Source: Minisyncoccota bacterium (GTDB lineage: Bacteria; Patescibacteriota; Minisyncoccia; Phycocordibacterales; UBA9973). Taken from it: a stretch of DNA of 64,000 nucleotides. The stretch spans positions 31,070-95,069 of the forward strand of contig JAGOSX010000001.1 of NCBI GenBank assembly GCA_018062065.1, in the 5' to 3' direction. The translations under genes and the position numbers were made by a program. Every line of letters begins with the position of its first letter. Positions within the stretch are counted from its first letter, which is position 1. This document shows, piece after piece, positions 45,841 through 54,811 of this stretch. A model generated the notes under the pieces. The model had not been told where the DNA came from. It worked only from the letters and a program-made list of their open reading frames with translations, and searched no databases.

Positions 45841-46374
45841 ATGAAAAAAATTATAATTATTACAGTGTCTGTTTTCTTATTTGTAGGTGGTTTAGTCGTT
45901 TGGGCACTTAATGAAGATTCCAAAGTTGCAGAATATAAAGCAGAAAAAAATATAGAAAATTTAGCCCCAATTGGGCAAGTTTTTGAAGAGCAAAAAGTGT
46001 CACATATAAAACCGGGAGAAGATCACGAAGCATACAATTCCAATCCGCCTACTTCAGGCGCACACTGGGCAGATCAGGCAGATTGGGGTGTGTACGATCA
46101 GCCTCTTATTGATGAGCAAGCAGTTCATAATCTTGAACATGGTGGTATTTGGATTTCTTACAAAGATATAGATGAAGAAACAAAAACTAACTTGATTAAG
46201 ATAGCGAAAGCAAATTCACAAAGTGTTATTCTCTCCCCAAGAGAGGGGAATGATACCAGTATTGTGTTAGCATCATGGACCAGATTAGAAAAAATGGATA
46301 GTTATGATGCTGCCAAAATTATAGATTTTATTAGCCGTAACAAAAACAACTCACCCGAGCCGATAGCAAGGTAA
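45841..46374 (+). CDS. Secreted/anchored protein, DUF3105-like
   Basis: 177 aa. PPTSGAHW...VHNLEHGGIWISY resembles the DUF3105 conserved His/Gly pattern. Confidence 0.4.
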   Translation: MKKIIIITVSVFLFVGGLVVWALNEDSKVAEYKAEKNIENLAPIGQVFEEQKVSHIKPGEDHEAYNSNPPTSGAHWADQADWGVYDQPLIDEQAVHNLEHGGIWISYKDIDEETKTNLIKIAKANSQSVILSPREGNDTSIVLASWTRLEKMDSYDAAKIIDFISRNKNNSPEPIAR

Positions 46375-46392
46375 TGTTGTATAATTAAAATT

Positions 46393-47400
46393 ATGAATAA
46401 ATATACATTTCATGTTTCTGGTACGCATTGTGCATCTTGCAAAATATTAATTGAAGATGTTTTAGGGGAAGAGGATATAGTAAAAAAAGTAGAAGTTAAT
46501 TTAAAAACTAAGACAGTAGATATTGAGACTGATAGTCCGAAAAGTAAAGAAGAGTTAATTGAAATACTGGGGAGTCTTATTAAAACCAATGGCTATATTC
46601 TTTCAGCTGAGAATCTTAAAGTAGAAAAAAAGAGCAATGATATTTTATGGCAAGCAATACCTATAGGCTTAGGTTTTTTAGTGCTTTTCTTTATGCTTCA
46701 AAAATCTGGAATTTTAAACTTAGGTATTGGAGGCAAAACTACACCAATTACAAGTTTTATTATCGGACTTATCGCTTCAGTGTCTTCGTGTTTGGCTATT
46801 GTTGGAGGGCTCGTTTTGTCTTTGTCCGCCAAGATGTCTCAAGATAATGTGAGCGACAAGAAAACTTTTATTTTGTTCCACGTTGGGAGATTAGTTAGTT
46901 TTGGTTTGCTCGGTGGAGCTTTGGGATTAGTGGGAAATATTATCGGTATTAATTTTACCTTGACTGCTATTTTGGGTATAATCGCATCTACGGTCATGAT
47001 ATTCCTCGGTTTGAATTTGGTGGGAGTATTTTCAAAGAATAAAATCGTATTGCACTCTGGGATTTTTAAATTCTTTAGAAAAATAGAACATAAAACTCTC
47101 ACTCCTTTGCTCGTTGGTTTCGGTACTTTTTTCTTACCTTGTGGTTTTACTCAATCGATGCAAGTTGTGGCTCTCTCGAGTGGATCATTTCTTAATGGAA
47201 GTTTAATTATGTTTGCTTTTGCTTTAGGGACTTTGCCGGTACTTCTATTATTGTCTTTTGGTTCCTCTTCTTTTGCTAATTCCAAGCATGCTAATCTTTT
47301 CTTTAAATCTGCTGGAATAGTCGTGATAGGACTCGGTTTATTTGCATTTTTGGGTGGGCTTGTCGCTTTGGGTATTATTAATCCGTTATTTAATATATAA
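46393..47400 (+). CDS. Heavy-metal-associated (HMA) domain fused to a polytopic membrane permease domain with two intramembrane Cys (DsbD_2/CcdA-like family?)
   Basis: 335 aa. The N-terminal HMA is GTHCASCK. At least six TM helices follow. Conserved Cys lie in TM helices (SSCLAIVGG and FLPCGFTQ). Confidence 0.45.
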   Translation: MNKYTFHVSGTHCASCKILIEDVLGEEDIVKKVEVNLKTKTVDIETDSPKSKEELIEILGSLIKTNGYILSAENLKVEKKSNDILWQAIPIGLGFLVLFFMLQKSGILNLGIGGKTTPITSFIIGLIASVSSCLAIVGGLVLSLSAKMSQDNVSDKKTFILFHVGRLVSFGLLGGALGLVGNIIGINFTLTAILGIIASTVMIFLGLNLVGVFSKNKIVLHSGIFKFFRKIEHKTLTPLLVGFGTFFLPCGFTQSMQVVALSSGSFLNGSLIMFAFALGTLPVLLLLSFGSSSFANSKHANLFFKSAGIVVIGLGLFAFLGGLVALGIINPLFNI

Positions 47401-47409
47401 TTTAGAAAT

Positions 47410-47805
47410 ATGAAATTTAATTCAAAAATTTTCCTGAGTATAGTAGCTGTGTTGTTATTGGTAGGTTTAGCTCTAATTATAAAAAACAAACCAAATACTA
47501 ACATAGAGCAAAACCAGCAAAAAGTAGAAATTATTGATGGGGTTCAATATATCACTATTAATGCAGGAGGAGGTTACTTTCCTAGGGTCACACAAGCAAA
47601 AGCCGGTATTCCTACTAAGCTCATCGTGAAGACTAACGGAGTTTTTGATTGTTCTGCTGCTTTAACTATTAGGTCTATTAACTATCAAAAGATCCTACCT
47701 CAAACTGGAGAAGAGATAATAGATATAGGTATACCTGTCGCTGGGGTTCCATTCACAGGTACTTGTAGTATGGGTATGTATAGTTTTAAAATTAACTTTT
47801 TATAA
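47410..47805 (+). CDS. Cupredoxin-like domain protein, membrane-anchored
   Basis: 131 aa with an N-terminal TM. The C-terminal FTGTCSMGMYSFKINF resembles a cupredoxin-like-domain Cu site (C...M). Confidence 0.4.
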   Translation: MKFNSKIFLSIVAVLLLVGLALIIKNKPNTNIEQNQQKVEIIDGVQYITINAGGGYFPRVTQAKAGIPTKLIVKTNGVFDCSAALTIRSINYQKILPQTGEEIIDIGIPVAGVPFTGTCSMGMYSFKINFL

Positions 47806-47860
47806 AAAGACTTTCTCTTAAAGATTTGCCTTTTCTTGGTTTTTCTGTTATATTAGTTTT

Positions 47861-48112
47861 ATGCCAATAACAAAATCAGCAAAAAAGAATATTCGAGTTT
47901 CTGGTAGAAAAAAAGCTATGAATGACCGTCGCAAGAAGGTTATGAAAGAAGTTATCAAGAAAATAGAAAAAACTGCAAAAACTGATAAAAAAGAAGCAGA
48001 AAAGATGCTCGCTACTGCTTATCAAGCAATTGATAAAGCTGCAAAAAGAGGAATTATTAAGAAAAATAATGCTTCTCGCAAGAAATCTCGTTTAACTAAA
48101 TTAGTAAAATAA
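47861..48112 (+). CDS. rpsT: 30S ribosomal protein S20
   Basis: 83 aa and basic. SAKKNIRVSGRKKAMNDRRKKVMKEVIKK... is the S20 signature. Confidence 0.85.
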   Translation: MPITKSAKKNIRVSGRKKAMNDRRKKVMKEVIKKIEKTAKTDKKEAEKMLATAYQAIDKAAKRGIIKKNNASRKKSRLTKLVK

Positions 48113-48114
48113 TT

Positions 48115-48140
48115 AAAAAACTCCCTAAAGGGAGTTTTTA
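48115..48140 (+). terminator. Rho-independent terminator aaaaaactccctaaagggagttttta
   Basis: A perfect 7-bp stem ctcccta/tagggag-like hairpin flanked by A and T tracts. Confidence 0.7.
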
Positions 48141-48171
48141 GTTTTATTTAATTTTATTATATAATATACCT

Positions 48172-48432
48172 ATGTCACATTTAATGGAATTTTATGGAGA
48201 AGAATGTCCTCATTGTTTGGATATGCATAAACTCGTAGTGAAACTCGAGAAAGAAGAGGGGATAAAAGTAGACGCTCTTGAGGTTTGGCATAATGAAGAA
48301 AATGAAAAACTATTAGAAAGCATAGATAAAGATTTATGTGGAGGGGTTCCATTTTTCTATAATTCAAAAAATAAAAAATTTATTTGCGGAGAAGCTACTT
48401 ATAAAGAGCTCAAAGAATGGGCGAAAGATTAA
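48172..48432 (+). CDS. Small thioredoxin-fold protein with a CPHC active-site motif
   Basis: 86 aa. EFYGEECPHCLDMHKLV is followed by a cis-Pro-like GGVPFF. Confidence 0.55.
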   Translation: MSHLMEFYGEECPHCLDMHKLVVKLEKEEGIKVDALEVWHNEENEKLLESIDKDLCGGVPFFYNSKNKKFICGEATYKELKEWAKD

Positions 48433-48435
48433 AAC

Positions 48436-48476
48436 CCTAAACCCTTTAGGAATATTTTAATTCCTTGCTTTTTGTG
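48436..48476 (+). repeat. ~40-bp direct repeat aaccctaaaccctttaggaatattttaattccttgc. Its partner (tagccctaaactctttaggaatatttctaattctttgc) at 49081-49120 overlaps the rluB-family gene 3' end
   Basis: Aligned by eye at ~85% identity. The two copies flank the 48561-49040 ORF and its terminator. Confidence 0.4.
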
Positions 48477-48560
48477 TGAAATATTGTAATCTAATATAGG
48501 CATTAAATTTTTAGGTTATAACCTAGAATTTTTATTTTTTGATCTTTTAAATAAATTACC

Positions 48561-49040
48561 ATGTTAATAGATAATCCACTTTTTCTCAAATTTGAAGAGA
48601 TTATTTCTTTAGATTGTGAACCATATTCTTTAGAAGAATTTTTGCTAAAAAACAATATTCTTACAGAAGAGGTTTTTGAGCACAGAATAATGTCTGCTGT
48701 TGATGATTGGCAAATTTGTTCAACTAATAAAATAAAGTTGCACAAACTTAGTTTCATAAAACCAGCTTGGGATTATGAAGTAATCTCAGATTTTCGAGAT
48801 ACGCCAGCAATACAAGTGCATGATTTCTTAACTGTTTTAAAGCCAGCAATTGAAAGCAATATTTTTAATAAAAAAGAAATTAATCTCTTGTTGGTTGATT
48901 TAAGTAAAATACATAATAACTCTATCGTAGTTGTTATATGTATTTATTTTACCCAAAAAAATATAAATTTAAGTGCTGTTGATTTAAACTTCCGCCGAAA
49001 GTGGAAAATTAAAAGTAACTTTTTTACCTTCGGTTTTTGA
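48561..49040 (+). CDS. Hypothetical protein flanked by ~40-bp direct repeats
   Basis: 159 aa with no recognised motif. It is followed by a hairpin plus T-tract at ~49040-49070. Confidence 0.35.
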   Translation: MLIDNPLFLKFEEIISLDCEPYSLEEFLLKNNILTEEVFEHRIMSAVDDWQICSTNKIKLHKLSFIKPAWDYEVISDFRDTPAIQVHDFLTVLKPAIESNIFNKKEINLLLVDLSKIHNNSIVVVICIYFTQKNINLSAVDLNFRRKWKIKSNFFTFGF

Positions 49041-49076
49041 CCGGAGGTTTTTTATTTAATTAAATTAAAAATATTT

Positions 49077-49859
49077 TTAATTTAGCCCTAAACTCTTTAG
49101 GAATATTTCTAATTCTTTGCCTTCGATTTTACGGAGAGAGTTCGCGTGAAGTTTTTTGAGTTCGATATTCATTACTCGAATTCTTTTAAGTTCTAATACT
49201 TCTGCAAATAAAGCGTCACTCATACGGCGGATTTGATGCTTCTTGCCTTCGGTTAGAATTATATTAAAGGTATAGTCGTTAATTACTTTAACTTTGCAAG
49301 GTTTAGTTTTATAATCTTTGATTCCTTTAGCTCCTTTGAGTATTACTCCGGCTTCCATTTTCTCTTTGAAATTAGAACGTAATTTATTTTTAGTTTTGAC
49401 TACGTATTCTTTTTCGTGAAAATATTCTGGATTAAGTAATTTATCAGTTATGCGTCCGTCGTTTGTAAGTATTATTAATCCGTGAGAATCTTTATCGAGT
49501 CTGCCGATAGGGAAGACTTTATCTTCTATGCCTGCTTTCTTTAAAGAATTTTTAATATCCAAATCTTCTTCGTTATCTTTATTAGTTAAAATCCCGCGAG
49601 CTTTATTATAAGCAAAATACACATAATTCTTTTTTTGCCCTTTAAGTTCTACTTTATCTTTCGCTTCGACTTTATCTCCGAGTTTAGCTACTTTGCCGTT
49701 AATAAAAACTTTACGTTCTGTAATCAGAATATCAGCCTCACGACGAGATGCGAGGTTCTTTTGAGCTAAGTATTTATTTATACGAATAGGGTATTCCATT
49801 ATTTTATTTGTGCTTTCGGTAGGATATCTTTCCCTACGGGAACAGTATACCTTTTTCAT
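49077..49859 (-). CDS. Pseudouridine synthase, RsuA/RluB family (S4 domain + catalytic domain)
   Basis: The S4 domain is RINKYLAQKNLASRREADILI and the catalytic Asp motif is GRLDKDSHGLIILTNDG. The functional start is probably the ATG at 49799 (MEYPIRINKY...). The first 20 codons (MKKVYCSRRERYPTESTNKI) are encoded by the duplicated tRNA-flank repeat. Confidence 0.8.
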   Translation of the reverse strand: MKKVYCSRRERYPTESTNKIMEYPIRINKYLAQKNLASRREADILITERKVFINGKVAKLGDKVEAKDKVELKGQKKNYVYFAYNKARGILTNKDNEEDLDIKNSLKKAGIEDKVFPIGRLDKDSHGLIILTNDGRITDKLLNPEYFHEKEYVVKTKNKLRSNFKEKMEAGVILKGAKGIKDYKTKPCKVKVINDYTFNIILTEGKKHQIRRMSDALFAEVLELKRIRVMNIELKKLHANSLRKIEGKELEIFLKSLGLN

Positions 49860-49963
49860 TTTTTATAAATTAAATTTCTAAAAAATAAGGAAAAGCTTTT
49901 TGATTCCTACCCAGAAGCAAAGTCATTTGCTTCTTCTCAGTCTCAAATAGTTCCGCTTATTTG

Positions 49964-50035
49964 TGCTTTCGGTAGGAATCGAACCTACATCACAACTTCC
50001 GCAAAGTTGCGTCCTATCCATTGAACGACGAAAGC
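49964..50035 (-). tRNA. tRNA-Arg (anticodon GCG)
   Basis: I folded the reverse complement by hand. The acceptor stem is gctttcg/cgaaagc, the D-arm is gttcaatggataggac, the anticodon stem is caact/agttg with loop uuGCGga, and the T-arm is gtaggttcgattcctac. The backbone is nearly identical to the tRNA-Arg(TCT) at 63790. Confidence 0.8.
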
Positions 50036-50093
50036 AAATTGCTTAAAAACTAAGCTTTAATATTTTTACCATATTTTGAGAGAAAAATCTAGT

Positions 50094-50558
50094 TTAATAT
50101 CCGATAAGCTCCATAATCTCTTCAACTGGGCTTTCTTTCATTTCTTCTATAGTAATATTTTCACTGTCGAGAATTTCACGAATTTTATCTGCTACGTTTT
50201 GATTTATAGCTACTGGAATAATAGGGAGGAAGAAGCGATCGGTTTTGATAAATAGAGTTGGGTTCTTTTCTAAATTAATATAATAAGCTTTTATGCTTTT
50301 ATAAGGGTATAGGCGGTCTTTGATAGCTAAGCCTTTCGCATTTAATTCGTAGTATAGAGTTTCAGGTTCTTCGTTCGCAAAGTGACCCATAAGTATTCCT
50401 CCTAAAAATAATAAAATAGCAAAGAAATAATTTTTAAATATAATTGCAGTCACTACTCCAACTAAAACAATGATTCCTAAAGCCCAAAACCAATCCACGC
50501 TCTTTTTAGAGTGTGAATATGCAGGCACTGCCCAAGATAGTTTATTATTAGTTTCCAC
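50094..50558 (-). CDS. Membrane hypothetical protein
   Basis: 154 aa with two N-terminal TM helices, followed by the terminator hairpin aatccgta...tacggatt at ~50575-50612. Confidence 0.4.
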   Translation of the reverse strand: METNNKLSWAVPAYSHSKKSVDWFWALGIIVLVGVVTAIIFKNYFFAILLFLGGILMGHFANEEPETLYYELNAKGLAIKDRLYPYKSIKAYYINLEKNPTLFIKTDRFFLPIIPVAINQNVADKIREILDSENITIEEMKESPVEEIMELIGY

Positions 50559-50618
50559 TTATCTATTATAACAAAATCCGTACAGTAGTCACAACTACTA
50601 TACGGATTTTTGGTTAAT

Positions 50619-51062
50619 TTAATTTTTCAAATCGTTTTCTTCCCCAGCGTCTTCCCAGTTTTTGGCAATTTCTAAGGCAAGATTTCTCCTTGACTCTTTA
50701 AGTTTGCCGAGATAATCCTCAGTTTCTTTTATTTCTTTTTTTATGCTCTCTTGTTCTCTTAAGAGATAGTTTTTTATTTCTTCCGTCGTTGGTTTTTTGA
50801 TAAACCAAAGAGGGTTTAACAAGTTTCCAATAATAATAAAAAAGAAAACGGAACCCACGAAAACAAGTAAGATGAGATCGTTCCTTTGTTTATCTGTAAA
50901 ATTTGGAGTTGTTTGATTTAGCGTAAGCCAAATAAAACCAACCAAAATGCTGATTAATAAAGCTAAAATAATTAAACGACCGATTATGGCCATTTTCTTC
51001 GCTCTATAAGAGGCAAGGATTGCACCTTTACGGGTGCTTTCTGAAATTGTGAATGTGCTCAT
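50619..51062 (-). CDS. Membrane hypothetical protein with a C-terminal coiled-coil
   Basis: 147 aa with two TM helices. Confidence 0.4.
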   Translation of the reverse strand: MSTFTISESTRKGAILASYRAKKMAIIGRLIILALLISILVGFIWLTLNQTTPNFTDKQRNDLILLVFVGSVFFFIIIGNLLNPLWFIKKPTTEEIKNYLLREQESIKKEIKETEDYLGKLKESRRNLALEIAKNWEDAGEENDLKN

Positions 51063-51156
51063 TTTTTTTTAAAAATTTGATTTAAGGTAATAATACTAAA
51101 AATATGAGTTTAGTCAATACCAAATAAAAAAGCCCTATTTGTAGGGCTTTTTAAAT

Positions 51157-52887
51157 TTATCCTTCGCAAGAGATACAAACGTTTAGTCCTGCGTCATCGG
51201 CTTCTTTTTGAGCCTTCTTTTTCATTTCTACTTCTTGAAGTTTCTTTCTACCGAATTGTTGAGCTGCGTTCATACTGTGTTGATAGTAAAGAGTTTTTAC
51301 TCCTTTCTCCCAAGCATATAAATAAAGCGCATTTAAATCTTTAGTAGGCATAGTAGGATCAATCATAAGGTTTAAGGATTGAGATTGATCAATGAATTTT
51401 TGTCTATCAGCAGCTTGATCTATAATTGCACGTTGGTCGATTTCACTAAATGTTCGAAATACCATTTTCTCGTGTTCAGTTAAACCGTCTAGATGTTGCA
51501 CGGAGCCGTCATTGTCGCGAATACTTGCCCAGGTTTCAGTAGTATTCATTCCTTTTTCTTCAAGTAGTTTTTCTAAAGTTGGGTTCTTGATTGTTACTTT
51601 CATTTTATCTACGTCTTTAACGAATGCATTAGACATAATAGGCTCTATACTTTGAGATACTTGGCCCAAGATGAATGCAGACGAAGTAGTAGGAGCGATA
51701 GCTATTAAGGTAGTATTTCTGCGTCCGTAGCCTTTTAGTACTTCTGGTTCTCCGTAATCTTTTGCGAGTTCACGAGAAGCGTTATAAGCTTTTTCATTGA
51801 TTAAAGCGAAGATTTCTTTATTAAGTTCAGTCGCTTCTTTGCTTTCAAAAGGAATATTGTTCTCTTGAAGGAAAGTATGCCAACCTAAAACTCCAAGTCC
51901 TAAAGCGCGGTGCTCACTAGCGAATTTATATGCTCTTTGCATAAAATAAAAAGCACTTTGTTTTTGAGGATCTTCACTATTTTTAAGAATATCTAGTCTT
52001 TCAATAAAAGCTGAGATAACAGTATCTAAGAACATTACTAAAGTTTCTACTGCGTCTGTGTCTTTCCATTCTTTATAGTGACGTAAATTCATAGAAGATA
52101 AACAGCAAACAAAAGAAATCTCATCAGAAGTAGGTAAGCAAATTTCAGAGCAAAGGTTTGAACCGTAGATTTTCATATTTTTATCTTTATATACGTCTAC
52201 AGTGTTGTTGTTAACTGTATCAGTAAATAAAATATAAGGGTAACCGATTTCTGTTCGACGTTGAATGATTTTTGCCCAAATCTTTCTTTTCTCTTGATCT
52301 CCACCTACCATATCTTGTAGCCATTTATCAGTAACAGTAACCGCATAAGTAGATTCTTGAATAGGGTGACCTTCTTTACCGATATTTAAAAATTCTTCGA
52401 TATCTGCATGCTCAACCGGAAGATAAGGTGCAAAGTGACCTCGGCGGACTGAACCCTGACTAACAATATTGATTAGGTTATCAAAAAGTTCCATAAAGTG
52501 AACTGCACCTGAAGAATGACCGTTATCTTTAATAACAGCTCCACGAGGACGAAGTCCCGCAAAGTGACCTGCAGTACCTCCACCGTATTTAGTCATCATA
52601 CCAACTTCAGCGTGAGTATATAAAATACGAGACATATCGTCCGCAATATAACTCGAGAAACAACTTATAGGTAATCCTCTTTCTAGCCCATAGTTAGACC
52701 AAACAGGTGAGGCAAGAGAGTAAAATCCACGAGACATATAATCATAAAACTTGTCTGCGAAGCCTGGTTTATTTAAATATTTTTCTGCTATATTAGCGAT
52801 TTCACGAATACGCTCTTCGGCAGTAACGCCTTCCATCAAGTAACCCTTTGCTAAAAACTTTCTACTATTTTCATTTAACCAGTACAT
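51157..52887 (-). CDS. nrdA: Class I ribonucleotide reductase catalytic subunit (NrdA-like), short form lacking an N-terminal ATP-cone
   Basis: 576 aa. The active-site motif is NLCSEI (N-x-C-x-E), with the upstream redox Cys in PISCFSS. The C-terminal Cys pair is NVCISCEG. The protein begins directly with catalytic-domain sequence. Confidence 0.75.
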   Translation of the reverse strand: MYWLNENSRKFLAKGYLMEGVTAEERIREIANIAEKYLNKPGFADKFYDYMSRGFYSLASPVWSNYGLERGLPISCFSSYIADDMSRILYTHAEVGMMTKYGGGTAGHFAGLRPRGAVIKDNGHSSGAVHFMELFDNLINIVSQGSVRRGHFAPYLPVEHADIEEFLNIGKEGHPIQESTYAVTVTDKWLQDMVGGDQEKRKIWAKIIQRRTEIGYPYILFTDTVNNNTVDVYKDKNMKIYGSNLCSEICLPTSDEISFVCCLSSMNLRHYKEWKDTDAVETLVMFLDTVISAFIERLDILKNSEDPQKQSAFYFMQRAYKFASEHRALGLGVLGWHTFLQENNIPFESKEATELNKEIFALINEKAYNASRELAKDYGEPEVLKGYGRRNTTLIAIAPTTSSAFILGQVSQSIEPIMSNAFVKDVDKMKVTIKNPTLEKLLEEKGMNTTETWASIRDNDGSVQHLDGLTEHEKMVFRTFSEIDQRAIIDQAADRQKFIDQSQSLNLMIDPTMPTKDLNALYLYAWEKGVKTLYYQHSMNAAQQFGRKKLQEVEMKKKAQKEADDAGLNVCISCEG

Positions 52888-52919
52888 ATTTATATTTTTT
52901 ATGATTATATTTTTAATAA

Positions 52920-54236
52920 TTAAAACAGATCCTCACTTGTAATACTTTTACTTCTTTTATCGTAATTGATTGATTTTTTGTTAAAGAAGTCTCCGTGCTT
53001 AGTTGCGATAACTTCATCATTAAACCAATCAGATTCTTTAAGGAACATTTCGTCAATTTCAAAGATTTTATTAATTCCTATACTTTGTAAAGAATTATTG
53101 AATCTTTGCTTGATAAACTCTAAGACTACTACTTTTGGCATAAAATCTAATTCTCCTTTTTCAAAAATCCAATCCACTACTAACTTTTCTGCTTCAAAAG
53201 CTTCTTGGCATTGTTTTATAATTGCATTTTCAAATTCTTTATCGAACCATTCAGGATGTTCTTCTCTTAGGATATTTATAATATCTATTCCAAATAAACC
53301 GTGAATTTGTTCTTCTTTAGAAGTTGCTTCGACTGCGTTTGAGATACCTTTAAATAAATTTTTGTATTTATTAAAAGACATCATTATTAAGAATTGAGAG
53401 AATAGTGAAACGTGTTCTATAAATAAAGAGAATAGTAGTATTGATTGAGTGTATTCTCGATTATCTTCACTTGATCGGTTTTTAATCGCTTTTTCTAAGT
53501 AATTTACTCTGTTCATCAAAGCCGGAATATTTTTTATATTACTAAACTCAGTATTTAATCCTAAAAGTTCTAGTAGGTGAGAGTAGGCGTCTGTGTGGCG
53601 AACTTCACTTTCTGCAAAAGTTGCTCCAACTGCACCGATTTCTGGTTTTGGCATTTTTTTATAGATATCTCCCCAGAAAGTTTTTACTGCTACCTCGATT
53701 TGAGCAATAGCTAGCATGCAGTGCTTGATAGCAGATTTTTCGTTTTCTGAAACATTAACTTTGAAGTCTTGAATATCGCTAACAAAGTTAAATTCAGTAT
53801 GGATCCAATAAGAGTGACGGATAGCACTAACGTATTCGTATAATTCAGGGTATTCGTAAGGTTTTAATTGTATTCTTTTTTTGAAAAGATCTCTCTTTCT
53901 TTCTTCAGCTCTTTGTTGTCTATAGATAATATAGGCTTTTGCTACTTCAAAAAAGTCTTTTTCCATCAAACTTTGCTCTACGATATCTTGAACTTCTTCA
54001 ACTCCAGGGCAAACTTCGACTTCTTTTTCATTATTTTCTAAAGTAACAGCAAATTTTTCGTTTAATTTTTGAGATACCAAGTGAGCAACTTTATGAGCGT
54101 CTTCTGTGGTACCAGTCCCAACTGAAACCATAGCCTTATATATAGCACTCTCTATCTTTTTAAGGTCAAAATCTTGAATACTTTGATCTCTTTTCTTTAT
54201 ACAGGTAACAAGATTGTTTTTATTGTTGGTAGACAT
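52920..54236 (-). CDS. nrdB: Ribonucleotide reductase radical-generating subunit NrdB with an N-terminal ATP-cone domain
   Basis: Start set at the ATG at 54236 (MSTNNKNN...) rather than the TTG at 54320. The ATP-cone is LVTCIKKRDQSIQDFDLKKIESAIYKAM. The ferritin-like metal ligands are ESEVRHTDAY (E-x2-H-x3-Y), FIEHVSLFSQF and SKEEQIHGLFG. Confidence 0.8.
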   Translation of the reverse strand: MSTNNKNNLVTCIKKRDQSIQDFDLKKIESAIYKAMVSVGTGTTEDAHKVAHLVSQKLNEKFAVTLENNEKEVEVCPGVEEVQDIVEQSLMEKDFFEVAKAYIIYRQQRAEERKRDLFKKRIQLKPYEYPELYEYVSAIRHSYWIHTEFNFVSDIQDFKVNVSENEKSAIKHCMLAIAQIEVAVKTFWGDIYKKMPKPEIGAVGATFAESEVRHTDAYSHLLELLGLNTEFSNIKNIPALMNRVNYLEKAIKNRSSEDNREYTQSILLFSLFIEHVSLFSQFLIMMSFNKYKNLFKGISNAVEATSKEEQIHGLFGIDIINILREEHPEWFDKEFENAIIKQCQEAFEAEKLVVDWIFEKGELDFMPKVVVLEFIKQRFNNSLQSIGINKIFEIDEMFLKESDWFNDEVIATKHGDFFNKKSINYDKRSKSITSEDLF

Positions 54237-54286
54237 ATTTTTTAAATTAAACTTATAAATTTTTTTATTAAAATTAACCTTTAGTA

Positions 54287-54300
54287 TGATAATTTTATCA
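54287..54300. promoter_or_regulatory. Fur-box-like palindrome TGATAA-TT-TTATCA, ~50 bp upstream of nrdB
   Basis: A perfect 6-2-6 inverted repeat of the GATAAT Fur half-site type. The fur gene is immediately upstream on the same strand. Confidence 0.35.
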
Positions 54301-54367
54301 TAGTTACGAAGCCCGAGCAAAAACTAAAATAACCTTATTTAATAAGGTTATTTTATAAATTTAATAC

Positions 54368-54376
54368 TTATCCACA
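54368..54376. promoter_or_regulatory. Isolated perfect DnaA box TTATCCACA between fur and nrdB
   Basis: An exact 9-mer. In E. coli, nrdAB expression is DnaA-regulated through boxes in its promoter. Confidence 0.35.
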
Positions 54377-54385
54377 TTTTAATTT

Positions 54386-54811
54386 TTATTTTCTTTCGCA
54401 ACTCTCGCAAATACCGAACAAATCAAAGGAATGGTGAGTGATTTTTTGGAATTTTTTTGATTTTTTAAGTGCATTTAACACTAATTTTTCGCTATCGCAA
54501 CCAGTAAAATCTTCAACTGTATTGCATTTTATACAAATCATATGATGATGATCATCATGCTCGTCTATTAATTCATATTCTGCCTCTCTTTTACCCGTAT
54601 CTACCTTTTTAATTAAGCCTTTTTCTAAAAAACTATCTAAAGTACGATAAATCGTGACTTGATCCAGTTTATTCTTCTTTAATTTTTCAAAAATAGTATT
54701 AGCACTGAGGGGAGTTTTAGTTTTAGATAGAAAATCTAAGAGCAAAAGACGAACTTCAGTCTTTTTCAATTGAGCTTTATTTAGTATTTGTTCAAAATTG
54801 TTTGCCTTCAT
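54386..54811 (-). CDS. fur: Fur-family metal-responsive transcriptional regulator
   Basis: 141 aa. The winged-helix region is VTIYRTLDSF. The metal sites are HHHMICIKC...CDSE...CESC. Confidence 0.8.
   Translation of the reverse strand: MKANNFEQILNKAQLKKTEVRLLLLDFLSKTKTPLSANTIFEKLKKNKLDQVTIYRTLDSFLEKGLIKKVDTGKREAEYELIDEHDDHHHMICIKCNTVEDFTGCDSEKLVLNALKKSKKFQKITHHSFDLFGICESCERK

Noticed and set aside
49800-49859. First 20 codons (MKKVYCSRRERYPTESTNKI) of the RluB-family gene as the genuine N-terminus
   Set aside because: This stretch is encoded by the duplicated tRNA-flank repeat, which also occurs at 63954-64000. The S4 domain begins at the next Met (49799).
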